This document shows positions 1 through 13,515 of a DNA stretch of 64,000 bases, piece by piece. The DNA is from Octopus sinensis (taxonomy: Eukaryota), in contig NC_043011.1 of NCBI RefSeq assembly GCF_006345805.1, positions 24,688,464 to 24,752,463 on the forward strand. Reading direction: 5' to 3'. The first letter of the stretch is position 1. Every line of letters begins with the position of its first letter. The position numbers and the translations under genes were made by a program. The notes under the pieces are model-generated. The model was not told where the DNA came from and did not search any database. It worked only from the letters and a program-made list of their open reading frames with translations.

Positions 1-54
1 TGTCTTTGTTTGTCCCCTCTATGTTTAGCCCCTTGTGGGCAATAAAGAAATAGG
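1..54 (+). mobile_element. 3' tail of tRNA-derived SINE family B (cut by the window start)
   Basis: tttgtcccctctatgtttagccccttgtgggcaataaagaaatagg matches the tail of the full copy at 40378-40608. Confidence 0.8.
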
Positions 55-129
55 TATCGAGTGAACATTTCTAGGCTTTTCTGCAAGATGATGAGAGTGG
101 AGATTGTGAAAACGCATGTGAGGACAGAT

Positions 130-495
130 ATTGTGAGGCAAACACACGCAATTTTTGAAGTCAAGCTTCTGGATAAAGACTTACCAGCAAGAGAACGATA
201 CAAATATTAGTTAAGAAGTGGTACACTACAGTATCACTGCACCCAATGCCTCAAAACAAAAGACCCTACAGTTCAAACACTGGAAATTATTCAGGGCATT
301 CATCAAAGGGTTACTCAAAATCCAAAGAAGTCAACATGTAAATTGGCGCAGCAGTCTCACATACACAGGAGGTCATGCCAATGGGTGTTGAAAAGTCTAA
401 AGTTGAAGCTGTATCAGTTCACATGTGTACAGCAATGAAAAGTAGATGACAAGGGCAAACGAATAAATTACTTCACATGGCTTCTGAATAGCAGT
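130..495 (+). mobile_element. Degenerate Tc1/mariner transposase N-terminal (HTH) fragment
   Basis: Manual translation across a frameshift and a stop: IQILVKKWYTTVSL..KRP/TVQTLEIIQGIHQRVTQNPKKSTCKLAQQSHI..SCQWVLKSLKLKLYQFTCVQQ*KVDDKGKRINYFTWLL. Matches the DUF4817-type mariner pattern 'NPRKSTRRL...LKLKPYK...Q.L...D...R..F..W'. Confidence 0.7.
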
Positions 496-547
496 TACAA
501 GCAGTCAAGATAACACAATGACTCTTACAAATGAAAGGCTTTTGTCA

Positions 548-790
548 TCATCATGATCATTATCATCATTTAATGTTCATTGTCCATGCTGGCATTGGTT
601 GGACGGTTTGACTAGGGTTGGCAAGCTGGAAGGCTGCACCAGACTCCAGTCTGATTTGGCATGGTTTTCTATAGCTGAATGCCCTTCCTAACGCCAACCA
701 TACTGAGAGTGTAATGGGTGCTTTTACATGCCACTGGCACAGGTGCCATTTGCATGACACCAGTATCTGCCATGACTGTGATTTTTACTT
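548..790 (-). mobile_element. RTE-LINE 3'-tail repeat (family C) ending in (GAT)n
   Basis: Reverse complement of the 3' UTR of the LINE at 19940-20114 (GAGTGGTTGGCGTTAGGAAGGGCATCCAGC...GGACGTTAAA(TGA)n). Confidence 0.8.
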
Positions 791-1185
791 GGCTTGGTGG
801 GTCTTCTTCTCATGCACAACATAATACCAAGGTCTTAGTCATTCATCATTGGCCCTGTGAGGCCCAACACTTGAAAGTATGTGCACATGCTGTTCTTACA
901 CACACCTACACACATGTAATATTACTAGCTATTTTTCAGTTTTTGTCTCCCATATCCACTCACAAGACTTTTCTCAGCCCAGGGGCCATAGTAAAAAGCA
1001 CTTGATTAAGGTACCACTGAGCAAGACTGAACCCAAAATCATATGGTTTAAGCGGTAACCCCTCTTGAGCACATAGTCATACCTGCAATGCAAAATAATA
1101 TGATAATAATGCATTTAGATTCCATCCACCAACTAGTTCTGAGACTAATTTTGTTTGCAGTGATACAGTTGCTGAGCAACAGTTG

Positions 1186-1756
1186 CGACACACACACACA
1201 CACACACACAAACACAAACATGCTCATATATGCTCATTCATTACTTCTTTCGCTTTCTCTCTCCCCTCTCTCTCTCTTTCTCTCTCTTCTCACTCTTTCT
1301 CTCTCACCTCTCCCCTCTCCCTCTTTTTCTGTTTTGTGTTTTCTCTCTTTCTTCCCTCTCTCTCTCCCCTCTATAAAACACATACACACATGCTCACTCA
1401 TTATTTCTCTCTCTCTTTTCTCCCTCATTCTCTTTCTCTGTTTTCTCCCTTTCTCTTCTCTTTCACTTTCTCCATAATACACACACACACACACACATGC
1501 TCATTCATTGGTTCTCATTCTTTCTCTCTCCCTCTCTCTTTCTCCATTTTCTCTCTTTTATTTCTCTCTCACTCTCTCCTCTGTAATACTCCCCTCTCAC
1601 ACTCACACATGTGCATGCACACAACACACACACACACACAACACACACACATGTGCACACATGCACACATGCGCACACACACACACATACACACACATGC
1701 ACACACATGCACACACACACACACACACACACCACACACACACACACACACACATG
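1186..1756. repeat. Compound (AC)n / CT-rich microsatellite block
   Basis: Visible (CA)n runs and a pyrimidine-rich tract; the overlapping ORFs are HT/LS dipeptide artefacts. Confidence 0.95.
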
Positions 1757-2874
1757 TCTTCTCTACACCCACCAATCTGGATGCAAGCACGGCAAGCCAA
1801 TCAATGGTTTGGAGGGAAACAGGTGAAACATATGTGCTTGACATAGCATGAAAGACAGGATATCAGAAAAATGGAGTGATGTGACAAGACAGCCACAGTC
1901 ATAGTACATATGTATATATACTGTCATTTAAACATATGGAAGTTATTTTAGTAAAAAAAGAAGGATGTTCAAGTTGTTTACTTTATAATAATGTTCGAAA
2001 AACATTGTTTTGTTTTGGTAACCATGGTACATCACTAGTGGGTATATTGCTCTTCGAAATTGTTCTTGGAAGCTTCAAAGAAATATCAGAACAATGCAGA
2101 AATGCATGTCATTTATACATATGGCATTTATTTTGGAGAAAAAAATAGAATAAAATAAAAAAAAGATATGCTGCAAGTTTTATTTTGTTATAATGTTCAG
2201 CACATCCTATTTTGGTATCTTCGGTACACCACTGGAGGGGTATGAAGCTCTTGTGGAACTTCAAAGAAATGCCTGAACAATACGAGAAGCACAAATGTAA
2301 CAGTATTTCAATAGGGACACAGGAACGTAGGAACAATAACAACAACAACAACAACAACAAAATATTGATGTTTCAAATGGTTTTTGGAAAGAGACAGATG
2401 AAGAAAATGATGAAATATAAAGAAAAAAATATATTGCTAATGGTTTCGAGGTTCCAAAAAAGAAGAACAACAAGAATGACAAGAAAAGAATATAAAAAGG
2501 ACAAAAGCTAAACAAACAAAAAAACATACAAATCAAAACAGAACGAAATAACAAAATACGATAAAATCTGGACTTCTGGTAAAAAAAATATGGTAAAAAT
2601 AAATATGGTAACAAAAATATGGTAAAAATAAATATGGTCCAGAATAATCTAAACAACTATGAATTAATTGAAATTCAAAGAAAAAGAAAAGGTTTTCCAT
2701 GAAATTGTCAGAAAGAATCATATCGCATCAAATATTGGATTCTGAATATTGTTAATGGTGACATCCATGTTAATGTTCAAGAATTTCTATACTACTTATT
2801 TAGTGCCACTTATTTTTACATTCTACATCTGGTTGTATTATGTAGTCCACACATTATTAACTCATAGCACAAAT

Positions 2875-2879
2875 GCATG

Positions 2880-2952
<73 letters not shown>

Positions 2953-3075
2953 ACATACACACATACATGAACGCAATTTTGTTTATTTCTGTCTCTCTCT
3001 GTTGGTAAGAATGAGCAAGCATTATTCAAAAGCTGATCATTAGCAAATAAACCATCAAATATAATTTATACATAC

Positions 3076-3110
<35 letters not shown>

Positions 3111-3113
3111 TGC

Positions 3114-3166
<53 letters not shown>

Positions 3167-3169
3167 AAA

Positions 3170-3206
<37 letters not shown>

Positions 3207-3820
3207 GACAGAGAGACAAAGACAGACAGGCAGATAGAGAGAGAGATGGAAAGAGAGAAAGAGATGTACACACATGCACATTTATATGTTTGTGTGTATA
3301 TATATATATATATATATATACATATATGTGTGTGTGTACATATATGTGTGCGTGTACATATCTATATCTATCTATCAACACACACACACACACACATGCA
3401 CATACATGATAAATACTTGAATTTGCTGTTTTACATGCAAGTTTCCCATACAAGCAAGAGTGTGAGGGTTTTGTCGGAGCAATTGCTTTTTACAGCTGGT
3501 TGAACTTCTTACTGCAAATCATTCAACTGTGTAGGAATGTAGATGTGGAAACTGAAGCATGCAGAGTTATGTGCCTTTTCCCAAAGGCATGCTTTGTTGG
3601 CTGTAGTTAGGTTTGAAGTGATCATCATCACATGATCAATAGCCCAACACCCTAACCGCACTACTATAGTGACTCTCAATCACGCACACACATGCATATA
3701 CATATATATATATATATATATATATGAATATCTATGTATGTATGTATATATGTATATGCATATGTGTGTTTATATATATATATATATGTCTGTATGTATG
3801 TATGTATGTATGCATGTGTG

Positions 3821-3864
<44 letters not shown>

Positions 3865-3877
3865 TATATATACATAA

Positions 3878-3917
<40 letters not shown>

Positions 3918-3969
3918 GTGTGTGTATATATCTATATATATATATATATTATATATATAATACATATAT

Positions 3970-4018
<49 letters not shown>

Positions 4019-4080
4019 ACATACATACATATATATATATACACACAATCACACACACATATTTTATATATATAATACAT
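2875..4080. repeat. Compound microsatellites (AC)n, (TATG)n, (AG)n, (AGAC)n, (AT)n
   Basis: Directly visible. Confidence 0.95.
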
Positions 4081-4739
4081 GTGTGTTTGTGTGCAATTGC
4101 AATAATTCCTTGTTTATAGGGTGTATATTTTTGTAATTTCTAAACACAAGGACTTCCATTTTTTTGACCTGAACTGGATTTCAGGGTTTGTTGGAGATAT
4201 CCATTTATAATGCAACACAGATGTTATTGCTATTGCAAGCTTGTATGTATATATATATATATATATTATATATATATATATATATCACTCTTCAACCATA
4301 TGGCTTCAGGTTTTATCCCACTATGTGGCACCTTGGACAGAAACCAGTTGTGTGTTTACGTGTGTGTGTATGTTTATGTATGTGCTTTCTACATTTCTCT
4401 CTCGGCAGAAAGGTCCTTCCCTTATGGACCTGCTGGTGCTGGTGTCACATAAAAAGTACATAAAAGGACACATGTCAGTGTCACATAAAAACATTTGTCC
4501 CAGTGTCATGCACAAAGCACCCAGTACATTCTCGGAAGTGGTTGGTGTTAGGAAGGGCATCCAGCTGTAGAAGCCATGCCAAAACAGACAAGTTGGACCT
4601 TGGCAGCTCCCCAGCTGGCCAGTTCCTGTCAAAACATTCAACCTGTGCCAGCATGGAGAGAGCACATTAAATGATGATGATGATGATGGATATATATATA
4701 CACACACATACACACATATATATACATACATACATATAT

Positions 4740-4761
4740 AGATAGATAGATGAACAGACAG

Positions 4762-4846
<85 letters not shown>
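4740..4846. repeat. (GATA)n tetranucleotide microsatellite
   Basis: Long near-perfect GATA run. Confidence 0.95.
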
Positions 4847-5723
4847 TACACATATACTGACCATCTAGACTAACCAGCATTGACCATTTGCCACTTCAAT
4901 GTGTTAAAATGTATGCTGAAAGAATGAGTTATCAACCAGCAAATAACAGAATTTATCATCATCATCATCATCATCACTATCATAATCATTTCTATGTCCA
5001 CTTTTCCATGCTTTTATAGGTTGGTGAGAGCTTATTAAGACAGACTTTCTTTGACCTGGTGCCCTTTCTGTCACCAATCCTTACCTGTTTCCAAGCAAGG
5101 TAATTTTTTCCCTATGGCCAGGCATGTTTTCACAGAATATTGGAAACGAATGACATTCATTTACAACAACCATGTGATATGAAGATGAGGAGACACAAAT
5201 ATACACACAAGCTTCTTTCAGTTTTCATCAAACAAAACCATTCACAAGGCTTTGGTTGGCTCTCAGCTCATAATAGAAGACACTTGCCCAAGGTACCTCA
5301 TCGTAGGACTGAACCCAAAACCATGTGATTGGGAAGCAAACTTCTTCAGGTTGTATATTTCTATCCTCTATATTTTTGTTCGATAATGGTACCAAAACTT
5401 CTATACCTTTAAACTTGCCAACTCTATTGCACTGTCAAGTGTGCCCACTCATTATTGCTACCTTCCTTCCTATCATTAATCAATTATGCTGTATCTCACT
5501 CTCATTATTGAGTATATCAAATCTTTATACTTCAACAATGCATCTCAATAGAATTCTCACTTCCTATCAATGGAATTTCTTACAGCTGCTGACCTTGAAC
5601 AGATTAGACAATGCTTTATCTACACGAAGTTCATCCACTTATCATTTATTTATCCTTACCAGCCCCTTGTACAGAAGGTCTGTTAAATAAAAGCAAATGA
5701 ATGTGAGCTTTGATGCATAAGGG

Positions 5724-5945
5724 CAAATAAGGCAGCAAGCTGGCAGAATCGTTAACACACTGGGCAAAATGATTAGCAGCATTCCATTCATCAATTCATT
5801 CTGAGTTCAAATTCTGCTGAGGTCGACTTTACTTTTCGTCCTTTAGGAATCAATAAATAAGTACCAGTTGAACATTGGGGTCAATGTAATTGACTTACCT
5901 CCTCCTATAAACTTGCTGGCTTTGCGCCAAAATTTGAAACCAATA
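5724..5945 (+). mobile_element. tRNA-derived SINE family B copy (degenerate)
   Basis: ggcagcaagctggcagaatcgttaacacactgggcaaaatg...ttctgagttcaaattctgctgaggtcgactt; B-box GTTCAAATTC. Further copies near 12190-12400, 12790-13010, 21975-22200(-), 29740-29920(-), 35945-36060, 40050-40265(-), 52080-52520(-), 58300-58450. Confidence 0.8.
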
Positions 5946-7764
5946 CATAAAGACAAAGGTTCAGAAGTAGAACATTTGTCTGGTTTGTATTAATACAAAT
6001 ATGGTGAAATAATAATTCCTGACTTGCCAGTCTATTTGGAATCTCTACTTCTAAGAGCCAGTCTTGTATATTAAAAAAAAAATTGACCCAAATTTTCAAC
6101 AACCTTTATTTATTAATAACCAGCAGCAGCAACAGCAACAATACTAATCCAAATATTATTTGGTCACCAACTTAATTGACAGAATTTGCTCAGGGTATAC
6201 ATTTCATATAATTAACCAGCTAATTATAATACAACATCCTATTTCCTGAAATTAGAAAAAAGGAGAGAGAAAGAGAGGGAGAAAACTTGGAGACTTGTAA
6301 TTATTATAAAGAGGTAATTAAAAATATTCAGCTACATCCTTATCAGTAATATGGCACTCATGCCATGGTTAAAGCACTCAACACTCTTTCAACTATTCAG
6401 TACACCTAGATGAAAATTATGGGTGCAGGCACGGACATGTGATTAGGATGTTTGCTTTGTAAATAACATGGTTCCAAGTTCAATCCAACTGCAAGTGACC
6501 TTGATCAAGTGTATGCTACTCTATGATAGAATCAAATTAACTCAAAACTTCTTGTGTGAAGTTGGACAGAAAGAGAGCTGTGGAATCTCATCAGATGAAC
6601 CGCAATAGTGTCGATAGAGGAGGGCAGTGGTGGAAGCTGTCTGACCCAGGTTATGTTTCTATGAAGGGCAGCACTTTGGGGTTTGCACTATACACCTGTA
6701 TAGAAGAAAGGGGACAGGGAGATGGCAATTTCAAGGTTTACACTCAGCAGCACACACTCTAACTACATCACTAATGAACTGTACCTGTCCTTAGATTGTG
6801 GACTTTAGCTTCCTTGTTCTTCCTCAGGTGGATGCAACTGAGATGCATTTCCTTATGCTGCACATTATGCTGCACCAACATTCCCTTATGCTAAACCGGA
6901 TCAACTGGAATACTCATCATTGTAAATGACAGAGTCCCAGTTTTTTTTTTTGTTGTCGTCATCATTATTGTTGTTGTTGCTGCTGCTGCAGCTGTTGCTG
7001 TTGTTGCTGTGGTTGTTTAGTCCTAGATTCCCTTTTAAAAAAATAAAGGTCCAGAGGTAGAACATTTGTCTGGCTTGCACAAATAGTGAAATGCAACTTG
7101 GACAGAACAAACCTAGACACCCTTTTTCAGGTGTGTCTAAGGAGTCACCTACCTTATCAAATATGCCCTGTATTTAAGACTGCAGGGTTATGTCTTGATA
7201 GAGATATAGCTGTTGTTTCTAGCAGATCAAGCAGCCATGTAAATGTGTTGAGCTGACCTTTCATTGGCTCATCACATTTACATCTATCAGATGCTAAAAT
7301 CTCAGGTATTTGATTACTGAAGTTAAACGGCACCAAATTAATTATTTAATCAGATGATTATTTCAGCAATTTGTGGAAAGTGCTACCAAGCAAGGAACAA
7401 GCTTATCTAATGAACCGAGTCAGCCATCTGGTTTCAATCTCTGGTTAAAGCCAATTGATAATTAATCTCACTTAGAATACTACTAATATTTTTATGGACG
7501 TCATAAACACCATAAAGTCATTTCTTTCCTCTTTATTTTCCTTACAAAGAGAAAGCCTTGTGTCTAAGTAATAAATAATTACTTCAGTAACTAATTTAAA
7601 AACTAATTAACAGTTGTTAACCATTAATGAGTTTCATTCAACTTGCAAAACTTCTTCACTTTCTATTTCTCTCTCTCTTTCTCTTTCTTAATTTCCCTCT
7701 CTCTCTCCTTCTCTCTCTCTCCTTCTCTCTCTCTCCTTCTTTCTCTCTCCTTCTTTCTCTCTCC

Positions 7765-7796
<32 letters not shown>

Positions 7797-8834
7797 GTAA
7801 ATGTGTGTATGTGTGTCTGTTGTGGAAGATAATAAAGGGAATGACATCTTGCAAGAAAGGCAGCTGACTGAGAAAAAAGAAAAGGAGAAAAATACAAAAA
7901 AAAGAATGCATGGCAATGTGGTAAGAAGTTTGCTTTCGAACCATTGCATGGCACAAAAACCTTATGACAAACACTTGACAACCAATGCTGGTTTGTTTAT
8001 ATCCCCATAAACAAAAAAAGAAAAGAGACCAATAGAAAAGTACCTGACTTCAAAAAATTAGTTAAACGGGTCAATTTGTTCCACTGCAAACCCTTGAAGG
8101 TAGTGCTCCAGCATGACTGCACTCTAATAACTGAAACAAGTAAAAGATAAAAGATTAAAGTTGAGAAAAAACAAACCAAGCCAAGAAATAAAATGTTGTG
8201 TTGCCCCTGTCCCTAGGTAAATAAACACAGATTCAATGACTCTTGTCACCTACTACACTGTGTAATGAATTTTTTTTTTGTTTTTGGTCAGTAAGTGCTA
8301 TTTCTTATTTGCTTCTATCTAGAAATCAAAGGAAATGACTTTTATTCTCTTCAAACTTTGTTTTTCTGACCTGGACATCGGTGTTTTGAAACTGACCTAT
8401 TTTCCATTACATTTCAGACAAATTCAGTGCTGAATTGCTGAAGTAGAAATATCATTATAGCAAATATTCTGCACAATACCACAGTTGCTTGTCATTTGCT
8501 TGAGCCTGTCCCATAGTAGCTGACAATATGCGCATCTCTGATCATGAGCAGGAGTAGTGGGGGAGTATCATGGCCATGTGTTGAGAGAGATTCTTTGGGG
8601 TTTGAATAAATGTTACAAAAGCAAAGCTTGAAGGAAATATTAGTCATGTTTCATACTTTCTAGGGGTAACCAAATAGGAAAAAATAACAGTGTTATAGAT
8701 AGGTATGACTTTAAACTACATCTGGTTGTGGGGCCTTGTTTCAGGAATTCCAGGGTTTTGAGGAGTGTGAAACCAACTCTTAGCCACAATTGTTTCCAGG
8801 TCTACTCTGAACTGGAGTAGTATCATCACCTATC

Positions 8835-9300
8835 AGGTTGTTGTTATTGTTGGCATCCTTTTGTCTTGGGAGACAATGGAGTTGAGCATAAACTAATCCA
8901 GTCTGGTTTTTATATTTCATGTCCTCTCCAGTTTTGTGCAGGCCTGGGCTAGATATAAGAAAATCCTGGGTAGCCCAATCATCAGGATTCCTCTCTCAAA
9001 CCTTGCTGACGTAGTCCAAGGGAGTGCAGAGCATTATGTTTGGCACCAGCTTGGTTGCAGGAGTTGCCAGAAGTGTGTCGATTTGAACACTAAACCGCCT
9101 ACAGGGCTCCACTCTGGATTTCTTTGAAGGCTGTCTCCTTTCTGTAACCCTAGATACGGGCCCATACCAGGTACTGTCAGCTAGAGCCAGCTGAGCCCGG
9201 GACTCGTGACAGGCAGGATCATCACTCCCTGAAGTAATGAAGAAAATCGCTACCTACTACCTATCAGGTAGTATGGGTTAAATAACATGTAACCACCCAA
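8835..9300 (-). mobile_element. Unclassified non-coding repeat, possibly a non-autonomous RTE derivative
   Basis: Minus strand ends in ...ggatgccaacaataacaacaac. The internal segment aaatccagagtggagccc...cttctggcaactcc resembles 36640-36735 (+). Confidence 0.35.
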
Positions 9301-9747
9301 GCCAGGGGTACATTGAAATCGTGAGATGGATGTGAGTTATTTCAACAGATGGATTTATTGAGTCAGTGGCAAATATCACTAGATGCTGAGCAAATAAACA
9401 GAAAACAAAGTGTCAATGGCCAGGATCAACCAGTTCAGTAAATGAACTATTGCTATCATCAGTAGTCATGGCATGCACAGATAAGATATTTCAGTAAGTG
9501 GAAAAAAGAAAAAACAATGTGATTTATTGGTCCAGGCAAATTGCCCGATTCAGATGGATGGATAAATGGATGGATGGATGGATAAACAGATGGCCTGAGT
9601 AACTACACTTGAAAACTTCCTCTGCAAAGAGCAAAGAATGTATTTTTTTTTCTGGAAGACTAACAATTGTCCATGCATACAAATCACTTCTGCTTTCCAC
9701 AGCTCTGTTGTCCAAGGGAAAAGCAAAACTGATACAAATTGATACCA

Positions 9748-10178
9748 GTGTGGTGGTGGTAGTGGTGGTGGTGGTGGTGGTGGTGGTTGTGGTGGTGGTG
9801 GTAGTTGTGGTGGTGGTGGTGGTGGTGCTGCTGCTGCTGCTGCTGGCTATGATGGTGCTGGTGGATGATGATAATAATAATGGTGGTCATGGTGGTCATA
9901 GTGGTAGCAGTGTTGGTGATGATACTGGTAATTACCACGATGATGATGATGATGATGGATATGGTGGAGGAAGAGCAGTGATAATGATGATAATGATGAT
10001 GATAATGACGATGACGACGATGACAACAATGATGACAACGACGACGATGATGATGTTGGGGACAATGATGACGGTGGTGGTAGTGGTAGCAGTAGCAATG
10101 AGGATAGCGATGATGACAATGATGATGGTGGTGGTGGTGCTGGTGGTAGTGGTGCTGGTACTGGTTTTGGTGGTGATG
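9748..10178. repeat. (GTG)n/(GAT)n/(GAC)n trinucleotide microsatellite block
   Basis: Directly visible; the poly-V/poly-H ORFs are artefacts. Confidence 0.95.
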
Positions 10179-11002
10179 CTCATTGTCACAAGTCTGCTTC
10201 CTGCTCTGTTTCTGCTGCATTTATTTATGAGAGAGGTGATTAACCAGGTCATTTTAAACAATACTCCTAGCATCAGAAAAGCACAACACAGTGCTGATAG
10301 CAATATATAAAAACCACTGATCACTGACCACTACCACTCTCACCAGTTAACCTCTATTACTATTATTTCAGATCTGTTTATATCCAGATCTGTTTATATC
10401 CAGATCTTACCTTTGCTTCTATGAAACAACATGAAGTATTTGGAGAGAAAGCAGTAACCTGTTAAGGATTTAAGCAGGGATACCTAAACTTATGTAGCCC
10501 ATTATATGATTTTCCAAGAATTATAAAACCACAATTGCATTTTGCAGACAAACTGCACCATCCTAATTTCATTAAGACATTACATAATAAAAAAAATATT
10601 TTAGAGAGAATTTATTCAAGGCATAGGTGTGGCTATGTGATAAGAAGTTTGCTTCCCAACCACCTCGTTCAGGGTTCAGTCCCACTATGTGACACCTTCA
10701 GCAAGTGTCTTCTACTATAGTATTGGGCCAGCCGAAGCCTTCTGAGTGGATTTGGTAGACAGAAACTGAAAGAAGCCCATTATACTTACATACAATATAT
10801 ATATATATAAATGAGGATAAGATCATTAATTTAAATATCAATCTTATCAAGTGGCCAGCATGGAAATAAAAACCTTCAAAGGTAATAATTATTAAAATTA
10901 TAATTTAGGGTATCTAAGAGATACCACCATGCTGGAAATAGCAGCCAAAGCCTGACTCTAAAACCACATGAACATTTAATGTGGTTTAAAGTCAGGTTTT
11001 GG

Positions 11003-11075
<73 letters not shown>

Positions 11076-11078
<3 letters not shown>

Positions 11079-11638
11079 GGTGGTTATGAAATCCTTCCCT
11101 GATTCTGAAATATCGTATTTTTGTTGCTATTTCAAATTAAACGTTTTTGTTGTTGAAGTTTATAAAATTGAAGTCTAAGATTTCATAATTGATTATTGAA
11201 AAGTGCTGTTTCGTTATTTCTTAATTACATTTTCCTTTTTTCATATAAAGTTAACATATTTTGAGGGTGGAGTCTTCGACTTGGCCTGAGCATGAACTCA
11301 AACTCAAATGAAATGAAATATCAAAATAGCGTCTATGAAAGAAAAAGCACAATGTGTTTTGTGGTTTTATGAAACTAAGTTGGCAATTACGGTTCAACAA
11401 AACTTTAAAAGAGAATACGACTGAAATCCCCCAGGTGTTAGAAGCATCAACAACTGGTATTATACATTCAAAGACACAGGTAGCATTGGTAACATCAAAA
11501 GAACTAGCAGGCCACAATCAAGTGATGAGATCGTTGATGCTGTGCATACTACTTTTCAATGTAGCCTTTCAACTCGCAGAGCTTCAAGAGAATTAGGAGT
11601 GCCACAACCAACTATTTTCAAGATTTTGCACAAATGCC
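11076..11638 (+). mobile_element. 5' part of a Tc1/mariner element (left TIR plus transposase N-terminus) inserted in (TA)n
   Basis: TA|CAGGGTGGTTATGAAATCC left end. From about 11327: ASMKEKAQCVLWFYETKLAITVQQNFKREYD*NPPGVRSINNWYYTFKDTGSIG..KRTSRPQSSDEIVDAVHTTFQCSLSTRRASRELGVPQPTIFKILHK, a typical DUF4817-HTH mariner N-terminus with a stop; truncated into (ATG)n. Confidence 0.85.
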
Positions 11639-11850
11639 AGTGATGGTGGAGGCAGCGGTGGCAATGATTCCAATGATGATGACATTGATGATGACGAGAA
11701 CAATGATGATGATGATGATGGGGGAAATGATGGCAATGATGGGGATGATGTTGGTTGTGCCGGTAGTGGCAACAGTGGTGACGATGATGAAAACAATGAT
11801 AACAATGATGATGATGATGATGACGATTATGATTGTCATTGTCAATATTA
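11639..11850. repeat. (ATG)n/(GTG)n microsatellite
   Basis: Directly visible. Confidence 0.9.
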
Positions 11851-12429
11851 TCTGAAATGTATGTATATACATATGTATGCATGTATCTGTGTGTGTATGT
11901 ATGTATCTGCGCATGCATACGTACACACATACATTAATTCATTAATCCATTGAGTGATTCATTCATTCATTCGTTTCAGGTAACATTATGACTGATGACA
12001 TGAGATAATAGGTAAATACAATTAGTGCTCAAGTTGACTTCCTGCATAAATTGCAACTGCAAATACTGGGATGTTACAGCAGCCTAAATCAGAATTGGCT
12101 ATATGTATTGTTTCAATCAAGCTGATACATGCATGATAACAATAAAGGCTTTAGACAGGAGAATAACTGGTATCTGGTCATCAGTATTTTGCTTGCCAAT
12201 AACTTTAATCTGTTACAAGGGTAAAATGCTTAGAAGCATTTCGTCCATCTTTACATTCTGAGTTCAAATTCTACCAAAGTCAACTTTAACTTTCATCTCT
12301 TTCAGGGTCAATAAAATAAGTACCAGTAATGAGGTTGATTTAATTAACTTAGCCCCTCCCCCAAAATTGTTGGATTCATGCCAAAATTTGAAACCAATTT
12401 TCAATAATAGCATTATAAGGCGCATTATA

Positions 12430-12784
12430 GGCGCAGGAGTGGCTGTTTGGTAAGTAGCTTGCTTACCAACCAAATGGTTCCGGGTTCAGTCCCACTGTGT
12501 GGCACCTTGGGCAAGTGTCTTCTACGATAGCCTCGAGTGGACCAAAGCCTTGTGAGTGGATTTGGTAGACGGAAGCTGAAAGAAGCCCATCATATATATG
12601 TGTGTCTGTGTCTGTCCCCCCAACATCACTTGACAACCGATGCTGGTGTGTTTACGTTCCCGTAACTTAGTGGTTCGGCAAAAGAGACCAAAAGAATAAG
12701 TCCTGGGGTCAATTTGTTCGACTAAAGGCAGTGCACCAGCATGGCTGCAGTCAAATGACTGAAACAAGTAAAAGAGTAAAAGAG
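12430..12784 (+). mobile_element. Full-length tRNA-derived SINE family A
   Basis: Head GGCGCAGGAGTGGCTGTTTGGTAAGTAGCTTGCTTACCAACC..GGTTCCGGGTTCAGTCCCAC, internal (TA/TG) spacer, tail ...GACTGAAACAAGTAAAAGAGTAAAAGAG. Most abundant family in the window (also about 7905-8160, 10620-10790, 13830-14250(-), 17020-17250(-), 20590-20760(-), 41310-41500(-), 43720-43885, 49430-49620(-)). Confidence 0.9.
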
Positions 12785-13169
12785 AGAATAAAGCAGTAAG
12801 CTAGCAGAATCATTAGCATGCCTAGTAATCAGTATGTAAAGATGAACAGTAACGTTCATCTTTACATTCTGAGTTCAAATTCCACCAAGGTTAACTTCAT
12901 CATTCATTTTTTGGAGGTCGATAAAATAAGAACCAATTGAGCACAGGAGTTGATGTATTTGATTTACTCCCTTCCTCAAATTTGTGGGTCTTGAGCCAAA
13001 ATTTGAAACCAATAACTTTATTCTAATTGGCACTCCATCGGTTACGATGACGAGGGTTCCAGTTGATCTGATCAACGGAACAGCCTGTTAATGCAATAAA
13101 TGTACAAGAAGATGTCTCCAAAATATCTATATATGCATGTAAGAATTGAAATTATAAAAAATATGCTTA

Positions 13170-13254
13170 TGCTTGCAGAGGGATTTGAACCTGTGATCCT
13201 CAGATTCTTCCACCACGTTATCTGTAAAAGTCTGATGCTCCACTGACTGGTGCA
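13170..13254 (-). pseudogene. tRNA-Lys(UUU)-like pseudogene or repeat head with a 19-nt insert at position 37/38
   Basis: Minus strand GAGCA TCAGA CTTTTA [cagataacgtggtggaaga] A TCTGA GGATC ACAGG TTCAAAT CCCTC TGCAAGC A, followed by a T-run. Anticodon arm matches tRNA-Lys(UUU); D-arm and T-stem are broken. Confidence 0.7.
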
Positions 13255-13289
13255 TATATGTATCTATGAATGTATGCATATACCCTTAA

Positions 13290-13515
13290 CACATGTACCC
13301 TTAACGTAGTTCTCAGGGAGATTCAGCTTGATACAGACTATGACAAGGCTGACCCTTTGAGTTACAGGTACTACTCATTTTTGCCAGCTGAGTAGACTGG
13401 AACAACGGGAAATGAAGTGTCTTGCTCAAGGATACAATGCATCACCAGGAATTGAACTCATGACCTTATGATCATGAACCAAATAGCCTAACCACTAAGC
13501 CATGCACCTTCACTC
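13290..13515 (-). mobile_element. tRNA-derived SINE with a conserved central domain (Meta/Deu-like)
   Basis: Minus strand GGTGCATGGCTTAGTGGTTAGG...GAGTTCAATTCC...TCCTTGAGCAAGACACTT...TTCCAGTCTACTCAGCTG. Confidence 0.65.

Noticed and set aside
1936-2720. AT-rich segment with short ORFs and four AAATATGGT repeats (2580-2640)
   Set aside because: No recognisable protein motif in any frame I translated; may be decayed TE but cannot be assigned.
9609-10324. Poly-V / poly-H ORFs; likewise 11556-11930, 31570-32265 and 33952-34343
   Set aside because: Trinucleotide microsatellite artefacts.
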